Part shown: in pieces, positions 63,428 to 64,000 of the stretch
Layout of the letters: each line of letters begins with the position of its first letter
Position numbering within the stretch: the stretch's first letter is position 1
Source of the DNA: Fistulifera solaris
Taxonomy: Eukaryota
Direction: 5' to 3'
DNA: 64,000 nt
Assembly: GCA_030295235.1 (NCBI GenBank)
Contig: AP026130.1
Span: forward strand, 62,001-126,000
The notes under the pieces: generated by a model
Told to the model about the DNA's origin: nothing
What the model saw: only the letters and a program-made list of their open reading frames with translations
Database searches by the model: none
Made by a program: the position numbers and the translations under genes

Positions 63428-63815
63428 TATTGTGAATGTTTCTTCAAGAACTGATGTGCATTAGGCAATTGATGCACATTTCGATAATAAATCGTTTGTG
63501 AATGAAGTATAGTTGCAGCAAAGCTATTCTCATTTTGCTTCTTTTGTTGGTTGCGTGTGTTGCGTGAGATGTGATGCGCGCGTTTTCGTCGTTGCGTTTT
63601 TGGTCTTGGTCATAATGACTGTATTATGAGCTTCAGTGTAGCATGAATGACCCTTTACCGTGTACGGAAGCTGACAAAACTATAACGCCATCATCACGAC
63701 TTGCAATACCTCTCTTTAATTTAGTTTATAACATTTCCTAACTAAAGATTGTTATTTGAATTCTAAGATACAGACTATGTACAAAAACATGCGCGCAACA
63801 CCATAAACTGGGCGC

Positions 63816-64000
63816 TTAAGCTCGACGACTCTTTTGTCGAAGCTTGGCCGGTTCATCGTTCATGCGGTTCGCTTCTATGATTCGGGCGGACTTGATGCCC
63901 ACACGCTGTGTGAACCAAATTCCATTGCGTGTTGGAGTCAATTCTAGACGTTTTACGGCATCAAAGCCCTGTATGACTTTGGCAAAACACGGGTCTCCTT
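63816..64000 (-). CDS. Cyclophilin-like paralog 3, C-terminal part (runs off the window)
   Basis: GDPCFAKVIQGFDAVKRLELTPTRNGIWFTQRVGIKSA, stop at 63816. Confidence 0.7.
   Translation of the reverse strand, partial: GDPCFAKVIQGFDAVKRLELTPTRNGIWFTQRVGIKSARIIEANRMNDEPAKLRQKSRRA

Noticed and set aside
352..64000. Many short ORFs antisense to or overlapping real genes
   Set aside because: Shadow frames of coding sequence with no independent motifs.

Overview
Gene-dense nuclear DNA from a eukaryote, most likely a pennate diatom. The evidence is short GT-AG introns, bipartite plastid-targeting presequences, a PSI PsaR-like subunit, a DUF6824-type protein and a cyclase-PDE fusion. The window holds about 25 protein genes and one intron-containing tRNA-Pro(AGG). 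Many genes are split by single-base frameshifts in homopolymer runs, which looks like unpolished long-read error. Standout observations: (1) an intron-containing gene with two HNH nuclease motifs and an AP2 domain just downstream of the tRNA; (2) a 1.5-kb tract made of about 20 different 7-bp tandem duplications around an intact hAT-type MITE, possibly an accumulation of excision footprints; (3) a dispersed ~0.45-kb non-coding element (4 copies) carrying a hairpin motif every ~210 bp, always 5' of a gene; (4) a hAT-type MITE with an 8-bp TSD inside a GMC oxidoreductase that could in principle splice out in frame; (5) a 217-bp satellite with 3-mer higher-order structure; (6) a Pol I thumb-like segment placed N-terminal to a 5'-3' exonuclease. 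All family assignments come from motif recognition, not from database searches.
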